In this document: positions 29,703 to 40,323 of the stretch, in pieces
How positions within the stretch are numbered: the stretch's first letter is position 1
Layout of the letters: each line of letters starts with the position of its first letter
Notes under the pieces: generated by a model
Told to the model about the DNA's origin: nothing
Database searches by the model: none
Seen by the model: the letters and a program-made list of their open reading frames with translations, nothing else
Origin: Methanocella sp.
GTDB taxonomy: Archaea > Thermoproteota > Bathyarchaeia > Bathyarchaeales > Bathycorpusculaceae
DNA: 64,000 nt
NCBI GenBank assembly: GCA_050261115.1
Contig: JBLNCY010000008.1
Span: 1-64,000 of the forward strand
Direction: 5' to 3'
Program-made: the position numbers and the translations under genes

Positions 29703-31928
29703 GTGTCAGAAGTTAACAAGACATTGGCTTACTTAACACTCATCTTAATTCTCATAGCTCCAATGGCTGCCTATGCTCAATCAAACGTAGGTAGCGGTTG
29801 GCCGATGTTCCACAAAACCCCCTCACTCACCGGCTACACTGATTCCGTGGTACCGTTAACTAATCAGACGCTTTGGAAGTTTAACACCGGTGGCCAAGTA
29901 GGCTCCCCAACCGTTGTTGACGGCGTATTGTATGTGGGTTCATATGATCATAACCTCTATGCCTTTGACGTCCAAACCGGCGAAGTTTTATGGACCGCGG
30001 AAACCGGCGCCATTGTTATCTCTAAACCGGCGGTTGCCGAGGGCATTGTGTGTGTAGGTTCGGAGGACTATAACCTCTATGCTTTTGATGCCGCAACGGG
30101 CAGGGAGCTTTGGCGGTTTGGCACAGGCTACTATGTCGATTCTGACCCAGCCATTGTTGATGGCATAGTCTATTTCGGCTCTGAAGACAGCAAAGTCTAC
30201 GCCCTTTCCCTATACACGGGTGCGCCTCTTTGGAGCTATGGGACGGGTGGTGCAATCATGCTCTCCGCAACCATGATTGCCGATGGCATTGTCTATGTGG
30301 GTTCACTTGATGGCAAACTCTACGCACTAAACGCGGCCACGGGAGAACTAGAATGGAGCTATGCGACCGGCGGCGAAATCGTCTCGGTACCCTCAGTGAC
30401 AGACGGCACCGTATACTTCGGCTCCTCGGACGGCAACCTCTATGCCCTAGACGCATATAGCGGCGAAATTAAATGGAGCTACGCAACAGGCGACGCCGTG
30501 TTCTCTTCCCCCGCCATCTCAGGTAGCAAAGTGGTTTTTGGTTCGCTGGATAATCAGGTTTATGCGTTAGATGCTTTAACTGGAGAAAAAGTCTGGAGCT
30601 ATCAAACTGGGGCAGGCGTTGCGTCCTCGCCAAACATAGCGGATGGAGTTGTTTTTATCGGGTCAAACGATTTCCGGGTTTATGCGCTTAGCCTCCAAGA
30701 TGGCACCCCCATTTGGAGTTATGCAACTGGTGACCAAGTGATTTCGCGGCCTGAAGTTGCTGACGGCAAAGTGTTTGTGGGGTCATGGGATGGTCGACTC
30801 TATGCCCTAAACGCCTCAAACGGGGAGTTGCTGTGGCGGTTTGCTACAGGCGGCAAAGTAGACGCCTCGCCCACCGCCGCTTATGGGTTGCTATATGTGG
30901 GGTCGCATGACGGCAAAATCTACTGCCTAAACGCCTCCACAGGCATGGTGGGCTACGATTGGGAACTCCACAACACTGTTGTGTGGAGCTTTGCCACTGA
31001 GGACATGATTATGTTTTCGGCGCCTGCAATTGCAGACGGGAAACTGTATGTGGGCGGCTATGATGGTAAAATCTATGCATTAAACGCCTTGACGGGGGCT
31101 TATCTTTGGAGTTACCAAACGGGTTTTGCGGTTGTGTCTTCCCCAACCGTTGTTGACGGAGTTGTTTATGTCGGTTCGGAGGATTTCAGCGTCTATGCAC
31201 TCAAAGCGGATAGTGGCGAGTTGCTCTGGAAGTTCACCACCGGCGACCAAGTAACGCTCTCGTCCCCCGCCTACGTTGACGGCTTAGTCTATGTTGGTTC
31301 AAATGACGGTAACCTCTATGCCCTTGGCGCAGCTACGGGAGACCTAATCTGGAAGTATGCCACAGGCGGTTATGTCGTGGGCTCCCCCGCAGTTCAAGAC
31401 GGCATAGTCTACTTCGGCTCATACGACAGCAACGTCTATGCGCTAGATACAGCAACCGGAGAGTACCTCTGGAGCTATAAAACCGGCGGGGCGGTTTCGT
31501 CTTCGCCGGCGCTGGCCAACGGTTATGTCTATGTGGGTTCTGCGGACAACAACCTCTACGCATTAAACGCTGTAGACGGCCAGCTTGTATGGAAATACAC
31601 CACAGAAGGAGAAGTCGCCTCTTCACCTGCAGCAACAAACCAAGTGGTAGTGTTTGGCTCTTATGACGGCAAACTCTATGTTCTAGACGCACTATCTGGG
31701 ACGCTTAGGTGGAGCTACCAGACAGAGGATAAGGTTGTCTCCTCTCCAGCCATCGCATACGGCAACATCTATGTCGGCTCATACGACCACATGGTCTACG
31801 CCTTTGGCTCAAACTCTGCTGTGCCACCGGATGTATGGCCGCTTTGGATTTGGACAGTCATCATTATTATCGTTATTTTGGTTATGTTGGCAGCGGTTCT
31901 TTTGCTAAAAGTCTTCATGAAACCGTAG
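29703..31928 (+). CDS. Secreted, membrane-anchored PQQ-like beta-propeller protein (~16 repeats)
   Basis: Signal peptide, WPMF start, highly regular ~40-aa repeats, C-terminal TM helix. Confidence 0.88.
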   Translation: MSEVNKTLAYLTLILILIAPMAAYAQSNVGSGWPMFHKTPSLTGYTDSVVPLTNQTLWKFNTGGQVGSPTVVDGVLYVGSYDHNLYAFDVQTGEVLWTAETGAIVISKPAVAEGIVCVGSEDYNLYAFDAATGRELWRFGTGYYVDSDPAIVDGIVYFGSEDSKVYALSLYTGAPLWSYGTGGAIMLSATMIADGIVYVGSLDGKLYALNAATGELEWSYATGGEIVSVPSVTDGTVYFGSSDGNLYALDAYSGEIKWSYATGDAVFSSPAISGSKVVFGSLDNQVYALDALTGEKVWSYQTGAGVASSPNIADGVVFIGSNDFRVYALSLQDGTPIWSYATGDQVISRPEVADGKVFVGSWDGRLYALNASNGELLWRFATGGKVDASPTAAYGLLYVGSHDGKIYCLNASTGMVGYDWELHNTVVWSFATEDMIMFSAPAIADGKLYVGGYDGKIYALNALTGAYLWSYQTGFAVVSSPTVVDGVVYVGSEDFSVYALKADSGELLWKFTTGDQVTLSSPAYVDGLVYVGSNDGNLYALGAATGDLIWKYATGGYVVGSPAVQDGIVYFGSYDSNVYALDTATGEYLWSYKTGGAVSSSPALANGYVYVGSADNNLYALNAVDGQLVWKYTTEGEVASSPAATNQVVVFGSYDGKLYVLDALSGTLRWSYQTEDKVVSSPAIAYGNIYVGSYDHMVYAFGSNSAVPPDVWPLWIWTVIIIIVILVMLAAVLLLKVFMKP

Positions 31929-31949
31929 CAGGCTGCGCAGACGCATAGG

Positions 31950-32387
31950 CTATGTTCTTTTTGTTTTTTGCCTGAACCGCAACCCCTCATAAGCAAAGAT
32001 AGCCGCGGAAACAACAGTAATGATGGTCAATAGCCAAAAGGATTCCTGCACCGGCGAGCCGTTAAGCAAGTGGGGAACCAGAACGGCGATTTCAGCAACC
32101 AATACAGCCACAAACACCAACGCAAAAACCGCAAACCTCGGAACCAGCCTTTTGCCTACCCAAAAATAGCCTCTTAGGCTAACTTTCCGCTTAACCATAT
32201 AGTTGCCGTAATCATCTTTTGCCACTAAGTCCAAATCTATTAGGCGCTGCAGGTTACGATATGCAACTGATGGGCTGCTTAGGTTTGCGCCTCGCATGAG
32301 GTCTCTTGGACCGACGGGTTTCCCTGCTTTTACCAAAAACACGTAGGTGTCAAACAGGGTTGGGCTGAGTTCTTCTGGGTTCTCCAA
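31950..32387 (-). CDS. Membrane-anchored wHTH transcription regulator
   Basis: VGPRDLMRGANLSSPSVAYRNLQRLIDLDLV HTH followed by two TM helices. Confidence 0.72.
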   Translation of the reverse strand: MENPEELSPTLFDTYVFLVKAGKPVGPRDLMRGANLSSPSVAYRNLQRLIDLDLVAKDDYGNYMVKRKVSLRGYFWVGKRLVPRFAVFALVFVAVLVAEIAVLVPHLLNGSPVQESFWLLTIITVVSAAIFAYEGLRFRQKTKRT

Positions 32388-32445
32388 GCGTTGGTACCTT
32401 ATTGTCTATTGGATGGGTGAGCCTTAAAAAGCTAATCTACCTAAC

Positions 32446-33522
32446 TTGTCCTGTACCGTAATTGATATAAACGCAGTATCCAGTATCGATGCGATGCTTG
32501 ACCTCTCGGTTTGGATGACACAAAACATCTGGGCTATAGCGACCGCTATCGCCATGCTTGTTCTAGCCGTCTTGCTGGATCTTGTTCTGGGTGACCCCTC
32601 GCCGAATTACCCCAATCGTTTAGCATTTAAGCTGCATCCAACCGTTGTTATAGGTAACTTTATCAAGAAAATCGAACCCGCCTTCAAAAGCCCAAACAAT
32701 CCGAGAATGGAGAAGCTGCTGGGTGTGTTTCTTGGGTTAACTGCGATTGCAGCGTTTGCGGTTCCGACTTTTCTATGTTTATGGGCGCTCTACACTTACG
32801 CACCCTTCTACCTAAACCTCCTTGTCTACGCCGCCATAGGTATCATACTGCTCAAAATGACCATATGCATAAAACTCGAAACCGACTGGGCAAAAGCCAC
32901 CGCTAAAGCCATAAACGCCGACGACGCCGCCGAAACAAAAAAATACGCCCACTTCAGCCGCCGAGACAGCACCAACCTAAACGCCCAGCAAATGGGCAGC
33001 GCAGTAATCGAATCCATGTCTGAGAACCTAATTGACTTCAAGCTGTCACCCATGATGGCATTCGCACTATTCGGCGTCACTGGAGCCATAGCGTTTCGAG
33101 TCATAAACACTCTTGACGGCATGGTTGGCTTCAAAACCAAAGAGCACATAAACACCGGCTGGTTTAGCGCCAATCTAGACAACATAGTCAACTACATCCC
33201 AACCCGCCTAACAGCGCTGCTCATGATAGTAGCCGCATGGATACTACGCATGGATGCTAAAAACGCTTGGAGAATAGCCAAACGAGACCACCATAAAACC
33301 CAAAGCAGAAACCACGGCTGGCCCATGGCCGCCACCGCCGGCGCCCTACACATTCAGCTAGAAAAGCCCGACAGATACATTCTTGGAGACGCTGACGAGC
33401 CGATAACGGGCGACAAAGTCATAGGTGCACTGCGCATACGCGATGTCACCATTGTTCTTTGGGGCTTGTTGTGCGTGGCTGTTTTGGTATTGGTCCGGCT
33501 GTACCTGTTTGTTCCGATTTAG
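32446..33522 (+). CDS. cbiB: Adenosylcobinamide-phosphate synthase CbiB/CobD
   Basis: LDLVLGDP, HPTV..G, IESMSEN..D, NTLDGMVG, ANLDNIVNYIPTRL, SRNHGWPMAA.AGAL. Confidence 0.92.
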   Translation: MSCTVIDINAVSSIDAMLDLSVWMTQNIWAIATAIAMLVLAVLLDLVLGDPSPNYPNRLAFKLHPTVVIGNFIKKIEPAFKSPNNPRMEKLLGVFLGLTAIAAFAVPTFLCLWALYTYAPFYLNLLVYAAIGIILLKMTICIKLETDWAKATAKAINADDAAETKKYAHFSRRDSTNLNAQQMGSAVIESMSENLIDFKLSPMMAFALFGVTGAIAFRVINTLDGMVGFKTKEHINTGWFSANLDNIVNYIPTRLTALLMIVAAWILRMDAKNAWRIAKRDHHKTQSRNHGWPMAATAGALHIQLEKPDRYILGDADEPITGDKVIGALRIRDVTIVLWGLLCVAVLVLVRLYLFVPI

Positions 33523-33572
33523 TGCAAACTTTTAATCACTCAATACGCATGGTTTGCAGAGAAGTGCCTTCC

Positions 33573-35024
33573 ATGCGTGTCTGCCTCATCAATCCGCCCC
33601 GCATTCAGCCTAAAGCATGGGGTAAACCCAACGTTTTTCCACCCATCGCCATGGCATCAGTCGCGGCAGTTCTAGAAAAAAAGGGGCACAAAGTCACAAT
33701 CATTGATTCGCCTACGGAGGGCTGGGAAAACCTCGAGGAGCTGGATGCAACCAAGTTCCGTGTCGGCTTAAGCGCGCAGGTTATAGCTGGGCGGATTAGG
33801 GAGTTTGGGCCTGAGGTGGTGGCTGTTGAGATTCCGTTTTCGGGATGGTCAAAAACCGCCTTTGAGGTAGTCTCAACCGCAAAAGAAGTCAACCCCGACG
33901 TTACGGTTGTTGTGTTTGGGCTGCATCCCTCTTCACGGCCCGAAGCTTGCCTTACCGACTCACAGGCAGATTTTGCGGTAATCGGTGAACCGGAAATTAC
34001 CATCGCTGAATTAGTCACAGCCCTCCAAAACCACAACACCAACACCCACGACATAGCCGGTTTAGCCTTCAAAGAAAATGGCAAACCTAACCTAACCACC
34101 AAACGCGAATTCATAGCAGACCTCGATACGCTACCTATGCCCGCGCGGCACCTGCTGCCCATGAAAGTGTATGCAGAAGCCGTAAAACAGAACCCCCTAA
34201 GAGGCGAAATAACCAAGCCCTACACCATAATCATAACCAGCCGAGGATGCCCCTTTAGCTGCGTATTCTGCACCCACAGCATCGTGTGGGGAAAACAGTG
34301 GCGCCACAGAAGCCCAAAAAACGTCGTGGACGAAATCGAGCACGTCATCAAAACCTACGGCATCAAACAAATCGACTTTGCCGACGACAACATGACCTGG
34401 AGCCGAGAGCGGATGGCGCAGATTTGCGATTTGATTGTGCAACGCGGATTGCGGTTTGAATGGTTTACCCCAAACGGTGTCCGCGCAGACACCCTAGACG
34501 AGCAACTGCTGGCCAAGATGAAGCGGGCGGGCTGCAAAAAAATCCGCCTAGCCCCCGAATCAGGCGTACAACGCGTTGTAACAAACATAGCCAAAAAGAA
34601 CTTAGACTTAAAAAAAGTAGAAGACGCCATCGTGGCAGCAAGGAAAGTCGGTATAAAAGTCGGCTGCTTCTTTGTCATGGGCTTAATCGGGGAAACCAAA
34701 GCAGACATCGAAGAAACCATCCGCTACGCATACAAGCTCAAGAAGCTAGGCGCGGAGAGTTTTGTTTTCAGTATTGCGATGCCGCTTTATGGCACGGAGT
34801 TCTTTGAGCAGGCAAAAGCAGGCGGCTACATACACAGCGGCTTCTGCGACTACGCCTTAGCTGCAACTGAGCCGCTGGTAGAGACGCCCGAGTTCACGGC
34901 TGCGGAAATTGCGGAGTTGTGTATGAAGGCAAACGCGATTAACAGGACCCTGACGCGAAAAAAGGTGCTGAAGGCTATGCGGCACCCAGTGAAGACCGCA
35001 AAGCTACTTCTAAAGCTAAAATAA
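33573..35024 (+). CDS. Cobalamin-binding radical SAM protein #2
   Basis: LINPP, GLHPS, IGEPE, TSRGCPFSCVFC, APESG, PLYGT; ATG 33573 preferred start. Confidence 0.9.
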   Translation: MRVCLINPPRIQPKAWGKPNVFPPIAMASVAAVLEKKGHKVTIIDSPTEGWENLEELDATKFRVGLSAQVIAGRIREFGPEVVAVEIPFSGWSKTAFEVVSTAKEVNPDVTVVVFGLHPSSRPEACLTDSQADFAVIGEPEITIAELVTALQNHNTNTHDIAGLAFKENGKPNLTTKREFIADLDTLPMPARHLLPMKVYAEAVKQNPLRGEITKPYTIIITSRGCPFSCVFCTHSIVWGKQWRHRSPKNVVDEIEHVIKTYGIKQIDFADDNMTWSRERMAQICDLIVQRGLRFEWFTPNGVRADTLDEQLLAKMKRAGCKKIRLAPESGVQRVVTNIAKKNLDLKKVEDAIVAARKVGIKVGCFFVMGLIGETKADIEETIRYAYKLKKLGAESFVFSIAMPLYGTEFFEQAKAGGYIHSGFCDYALAATEPLVETPEFTAAEIAELCMKANAINRTLTRKKVLKAMRHPVKTAKLLLKLK

Positions 35025-35051
35025 ACCGCCTCTTGCCCATTGAATCTATCG

Positions 35052-36197
35052 CTATATATGCGTCTCGGGTGCACTTATAGGTGAAGTTGCGCTACGTCGT
35101 CGCCTAATTAACTTGAAGACAAAAACCAAGAACACACACAACGCAGCCCAAGTCACCACAATCAAAACCAAGTAAGCTGAAACCACAGACACCCCCACCA
35201 CCGCGCTAGCTGAACCGTTCAGATAGTCGTTTCCCTCCCAGACCGCTTGAACCTCCATTAATCCCTCTGTCTGAATAAACCAGCTATAGCTGAACTGGCC
35301 GTCGGCGTCTGTTTGGGCTTGGTCCACCACGAACCATTCGCCGTTGTTGTTACGGGCTTTGAGGGTGACGTTCTCGCCTGCCTGTGCTGGTAGAATCTGT
35401 CCGCTTATGGTAACGTAGCTGTTTTGAAGCAGGACTGATGCTGATAGTTGTAGGGTTAGGGTGCTGGGGTCTAGCTGCTGGATGACTGCGGATACTTGGC
35501 CGAGGGAGGTTTGCTCCATAGTTGTGGGCGCTATGACTTCGGATGTGGCGTTTTGATACGTTGGGGGGCATTCGCCGACCCGCCAGCCATACCTCCAAGA
35601 ACTGCCGGTGGTTTCGGCCACATAGTATTTCTTGACTTCGTATGTGACGCTGTAGATGTCTCCTCGGGCATCCACAGGCGCCTTGTCAAGGCCGACGCCT
35701 AGCTCCATGTGTTTGAGGTCACGGTAGAACAAGAGGACTACGGGGACGCCTCCTGCTTCAAGAATGGATGCGGCTATGTAGACAAATAGGTCACAGTCCC
35801 CTTGGCCTTCCATGAGGGTTTCTATGGGGTACTTGCTTGGTTCAACCTGCACATAATCTATCTGATGAACCAGGGCTAGGACGGCGTTAACAAAGTCCTC
35901 TGTGCTGTTGGTGATTTGCCGGAGTTGGTCGGCGACGGGTTGGAAGGGGTAGGGGGTGATGAATTTGCTGAAGTCTCGGGGTGAGAATACGAAGTGGCTT
36001 TTTTGGTTGTAATACTGGTAGAGGCTGTGGGGGATGGTTATGTTGAGTCTGTAGGTGTCTGCGCCCGGGCGATTCTGCACCAGAAAAGACACCGTTTTGT
36101 CCTGGATGCTACTTTGGGCTTGTATAGTGGGCACTATCGAGAATAATATAGCCAGCAACATGGCGAGGCTTAATGCTTTTAGGTATGCCGTCCTCAT
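35052..36197 (-). CDS. Secreted transglutaminase-like (Cys-His-Glu) protein with Ig-like domain and C-terminal TM
   Basis: YPIETL.EG.GDCD, HMELGV, YYVAETT; signal peptide; TM anchor + RRRR. Confidence 0.7.
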   Translation of the reverse strand: MRTAYLKALSLAMLLAILFSIVPTIQAQSSIQDKTVSFLVQNRPGADTYRLNITIPHSLYQYYNQKSHFVFSPRDFSKFITPYPFQPVADQLRQITNSTEDFVNAVLALVHQIDYVQVEPSKYPIETLMEGQGDCDLFVYIAASILEAGGVPVVLLFYRDLKHMELGVGLDKAPVDARGDIYSVTYEVKKYYVAETTGSSWRYGWRVGECPPTYQNATSEVIAPTTMEQTSLGQVSAVIQQLDPSTLTLQLSASVLLQNSYVTISGQILPAQAGENVTLKARNNNGEWFVVDQAQTDADGQFSYSWFIQTEGLMEVQAVWEGNDYLNGSASAVVGVSVVSAYLVLIVVTWAALCVFLVFVFKLIRRRRSATSPISAPETHI

Positions 36198-36280
36198 AGG
36201 CAGCAGTAGCCAACCGTACGTCTTTTCCTGTAGGTATGATTCTTTAAAATGTTATGCCCAAACCCCGCAAGTAAGGTCTG

Positions 36281-37099
36281 CTACTCCACTTGACCACCAT
36301 TTGCCACAATAAGCGCCCTGAGCTGTTTTGTGGCGCAAGAAAGGACCTCGCATGGCGAGGAGGCGTGGTTGGCAAGCATAGTTAGGTGAAGCTCCACGCG
36401 GGGGCACCTCTCCGAGGTTAACGGATGAGACTTGATATAGACACCCGGGTTATCCCTCATCACTGTGTCAATGAGGGGCGCAAGCTTTGACTCGGCTTCC
36501 AGAACAAAGAGGCTCTGCTCAAAAAACCCCGCATCACCCACCGCATACCGGATGGCAGGGGCTATGGATTGGTTAAAAATCGCTTCCATCTCCGCAGGTA
36601 TACCCGGCAATGAATAAACATCCGTACAGCCGACCTTAACATGCAGGGCAGGCGCCGTGCCAATAGGATTCACCACAACCTCTGTACCCTGGGGGAACAT
36701 CGCCATCTTGAGTCGCGGCTGAGTCATCTCCAACGGCTCAGTTATGCCCCGTTTTTTAAAGTAGGCTTGCATTCGGTCTTTAACCATCTTTAGCGCCGCT
36801 TCGTCTACTTGGAGTGTGCGGTTTAGGGCAGCGGCGATGCCTTGGAAGGTTTTGTCATCAAAGGTGGGACCTAAGCCCCCTGTGAGTATTATGAACCGCG
36901 GCTGACGTGCGAGAGCCTCATTTAGGGTAGAGGCGATTTCAGCTACGATATCTTGGATAACGGTGACGCGCTTAACGTTGGCGCCCAGCGCGGTTGCTTG
37001 TAGGCCAAGCCAATGGGCGTTGGTGTTTTGGACTTTTCCGATGAGTAATTCGTTGCCAACGCAGATAACCTCTACATCTACCGTCAACGTGGATTCCAA
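36281..37099 (-). CDS. cinA: CinA-like molybdopterin-binding domain protein (MocF N-terminal type)
   Basis: VGNELLIG.V.NTNA.WL, TGGLGPTFDD.T, NPIGTAP, LPGIP.EM, YIKSHP. Confidence 0.85.
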   Translation of the reverse strand: MESTLTVDVEVICVGNELLIGKVQNTNAHWLGLQATALGANVKRVTVIQDIVAEIASTLNEALARQPRFIILTGGLGPTFDDKTFQGIAAALNRTLQVDEAALKMVKDRMQAYFKKRGITEPLEMTQPRLKMAMFPQGTEVVVNPIGTAPALHVKVGCTDVYSLPGIPAEMEAIFNQSIAPAIRYAVGDAGFFEQSLFVLEAESKLAPLIDTVMRDNPGVYIKSHPLTSERCPRVELHLTMLANHASSPCEVLSCATKQLRALIVANGGQVE

Positions 37100-37201
37100 A
37101 GAGGTAAGGCGATTTTACACTATTAGGGTTTGCTTTGTGGAAAGAAAAACCTGATTGAGAGGCAAAGCTAAGGCAAAACAGAGTTGTCCGCGTAGTGCGG
37201 T

Positions 37202-37408
37202 TTACTTTTTACTGAGATACCATTTGAGGTACTCTTTGCGGGCGGCTTGACGTTTCTCTTCGGCAGTTTCGAAGTCGGGCCGGTTTTTGTCGTGGGCGTC
37301 GTTTAGTTCCTGTCCGGTGCAGTATAATCCGCAGCTTTTGCAGCAGTACTTCTTTGTCAACGAGATGTAGGTCATATCTCCGCCGCATTCAGGACAATAG
37401 TTTACCAT
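37202..37408 (-). CDS. Small zinc-ribbon protein
   Basis: MVNYCPECGG...YCCKSCG, C-terminal 'KEYLKWYLSKK'. Confidence 0.7.
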   Translation of the reverse strand: MVNYCPECGGDMTYISLTKKYCCKSCGLYCTGQELNDAHDKNRPDFETAEEKRQAARKEYLKWYLSKK

Positions 37409-37553
37409 GCACTTGTGTCTCTTTGTGGTTTGTATGTATTGCATGGCTTGGGAAATATTAGCCTTGTGTGTAGTTTTGCACCATTTCAGGGCGAATGCAT
37501 CAGACGCCAATCAAAGAAACAGGTTTAAAAAAAAGAGAAGGGATGATGGTTTT

Positions 37554-40164
37554 TTATGGTCTTCTTCGGGCAATCATCAAACCAACTAGGACTATAGCGA
37601 CGATAATGACGATGACTCCAACGGACATATAGAGCATTAGATCGCTGGTTGTTACAAGGTTGGGTTGAGGTAGGTTGCGGTGTTGCTAGCACATCGCTTG
37701 CATAGAAAGCCGTGGAGGCTTGCGTGGGGTAGTATGCTCCTGTGCCCGTGAAGGCGGCGGTCACTGTGTAGTCGCCAGAAATGTCGGGGGTCCAGGTGTA
37801 TGCAAATGTTCCGTCTAGATTGCTTGTGGTGGTGCCGATCACGCGGTAGTTACCGTTAGCATCGACTACGCTTAGGGTGATTGTTACGCCTGTGATGTTT
37901 GTTGGCATAGGCTGCTGCTGATAGACTGCTTCCATAAATCGGTCTTGACTTTCGTCAGAGACGCAGGGCAAGCCGTTTGGGAATCGGGTTGCAACGAGGT
38001 CTTGTTTTGTGCCTGCAGAGATGTCGGTGATTCTTCCTGTGATTGTTATGGGTGTTGCTGTTATGATGCCTATGTTGGGTGCGTTGACTGTTATCTTGGT
38101 TGGTCCTCTTCCGTAGGCGTAGATTTGGTTGTCATATCCGTTGAACCAGAGCATTATACCGTCTGCGATGGCTGGGGAGCTGATTATGTTAAAGTTTAAT
38201 GTATCCCAGATTGGTTCTCCGTTGGTTGCGTTTATGCAGTAGAGTTTGGCGCCTTTGAATACTGGTGGGGTGTAGTCATGGCCTGCGCATACGTAGAGTT
38301 TGCCGTCTGCTAAGATATGCTGTATTGGCCAAGTGCCAAGGGGCCATGTTCCGTAGGGGGTGTCGACGCCCGCGTTACCTGTTGACCAAGACCAGTTAAT
38401 TACGCCGGTTCGGAGGTTATATGCATGGACTTCTCCGTTGATACTCCACGCATAGAGGTTTCCATAGCCAATGACTGCTTTGCCAGAGGGTATATCGTAG
38501 TAACCCCAAGAGCTATTGTATGGCTGCGAGGGTCCCCAGAGTTTCTCGCCTGTTTTAATATCGTAGGCTGCCCAAGTCATCGGTTGGTTGGTAAATTCTG
38601 TGTAGACTCCTTCAGAAGCGGGTCCTAAGCTTACCGCGGTCCAAGGCGTTAGGGTTCGGTTTATGGGTCCCCAAACCAGGCGTCCATCAACTGCACTGTA
38701 GCCTGCGTCGACGCGCCAGCCGATCTGTGATCTTCCAGGTACGCTGCTGTCTATGGCGGTCAGTAGCACTATGCCGTCGCTTACTTTAGAAATGCCCAGA
38801 CTGTATGGTGCAAACGGTACTCCTGAAATGTTTGTTGCTACTGGAACAGACCATTCGTTGCCAAGGCTCCAATCAATCGTTAAGCCTTGTGGGGGTCGCC
38901 AGATTTCGAATGCGCTGTAGGATGAGAAGGTGAGGTTTCTTGCGCCTGCTTCTTGGATGCATTTTGTGGCGTTCCACAGTGATAAACGGTTGTTGGCTAC
39001 CCGATAGGATAAGAGTTCGCCGTTTTCGCCCTCGACTAGTGTGCCAGCGGTGACGTTGGCGATGTCTAGTATCCACTGTCCCGTCATTGCGTCATACATT
39101 GACCACTTAACTGGGTTTGTGTTAGTTATAAAGCCAAGCGAGGAGTATCCGGTGAATAGGTAGGCATGTCCACCATATTGGTTGCCTGTTTTTAGGTTGT
39201 AGATCATGCCGCATCTAAGGGGGTTGCTGGCATTCACGGTCCAAAGTGTTTGACCTGTACGTAAATCTACTGCTGTTAAGGGGCCCATGTTGTTTGCTGC
39301 CCCAGGATACTGAGTATAGTAGAGTACGCCGTTGAGGATGACTGCGCCGAATTTAGTTTCATAAGCTGTCCCGGTTGCATAGAGGGAGGTTTCGTCTTCG
39401 CCGAATTCTCCGCCTATTTGTCCGCCGAAGGCTTCGGGCTTTGTCCATAACACGTGGGCAGTGTTTGGTGCGGTTGTGTAGGGGTTAAAGTTCCCGTTGT
39501 TGCTGTTATATACGCCGCCATTGCCGAACTGTACCGCTCCAAGTCCAAGCCAGTTTCCAGCGATTGAATACCAATTACGATTCATTGAACTTATGGGACG
39601 TGTCCAGTACTCGTTTGGCAACGGTGTGCTGGGAACCGTTGACTCTACGGGCTCTTCTTGCACGACAAGCGTGGTGATGGCGCTGCTTCCTGTGTAGGTG
39701 TCATTGATGTAGTCAAAAGTGGGTATGGTCCCAGAGGGCAGCTCGTAGGGGTATGGGTTTTCGTATTGCACAACTTGACCTGGGAAGCTAAAGCCAAAGG
39801 TGTATACGCCAACTTTTTCTGGAACATAGGTTGTCCATGCGCCTGCGACTGCATCTGAGTCGAAGGTTCCTAAGTCCGTGGTGATTCCATCGGGGTCGGT
39901 TACGTTGATTTTAAAGTTGTGCCACATCATGCCCCAATTGCCAATAGAGGTCGGGGGTACCTTGTCGATGAAGACGTTTACGTATGCTGTTTGGCCTACG
40001 CCGATTGGGTTGGGTGAGACGATGATGTATGCATATGTCGATATTGTCCAGGGTGGTGTGTGTGCATCCGCACTGGGTAGCAGCGTCATTGAGGCGCCTA
40101 TAGAGAGCACCAGTATGGCTGCGATAAAAAACTGTAGGGGTTTATTGCCTATTAAAAAACGCAT
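37554..40164 (-). CDS. Large secreted PQQ-like beta-propeller/Ig surface protein; C-terminal anchor out of frame (frameshift ~37668)
   Basis: Paralog of 51448..54057 (PLP.EYW.RPI, NFNPY..APN..H..W.KP.AFGGQ, CVSDESQ, IGTTTS); TM anchor LVTTSDLMLYMSVGVIVIIVAIVLVGLMIARRRP* lies in an alternate frame ending at 37554. Confidence 0.82.
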
Positions 40165-40190
40165 TTTTTATTCCTCCTAAAAATTTATTC

Positions 40191-40213
40191 GAGCAGAAGA
40201 CTTACTTCTACCC
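40191..40213 (-). promoter_or_regulatory. 5'-leader stem-loop of beta-propeller gene
   Basis: Minus strand GGGTAGAAG-taagt-CTTCTGCTC (two G-U pairs), 24 nt after ATTAATA; AGGAGGA SD follows. Confidence 0.55.
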
Positions 40214-40323
40214 TATTTAGTTTGTAGACATTTTAGGTATTAATCGATTTCCTTTCTAGTGATCACTTTTAGGGCAACAGCTAAACAATCAAGTGTAACA
40301 AAAATAGAACCCTAAAGGGGGTG

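Noticed and set aside
29880-31800. Regularly spaced DNA repeats as a possible CRISPR array
   Set aside because: Repeats are degenerate, ~120-bp in period and in frame; they are protein beta-propeller blades.
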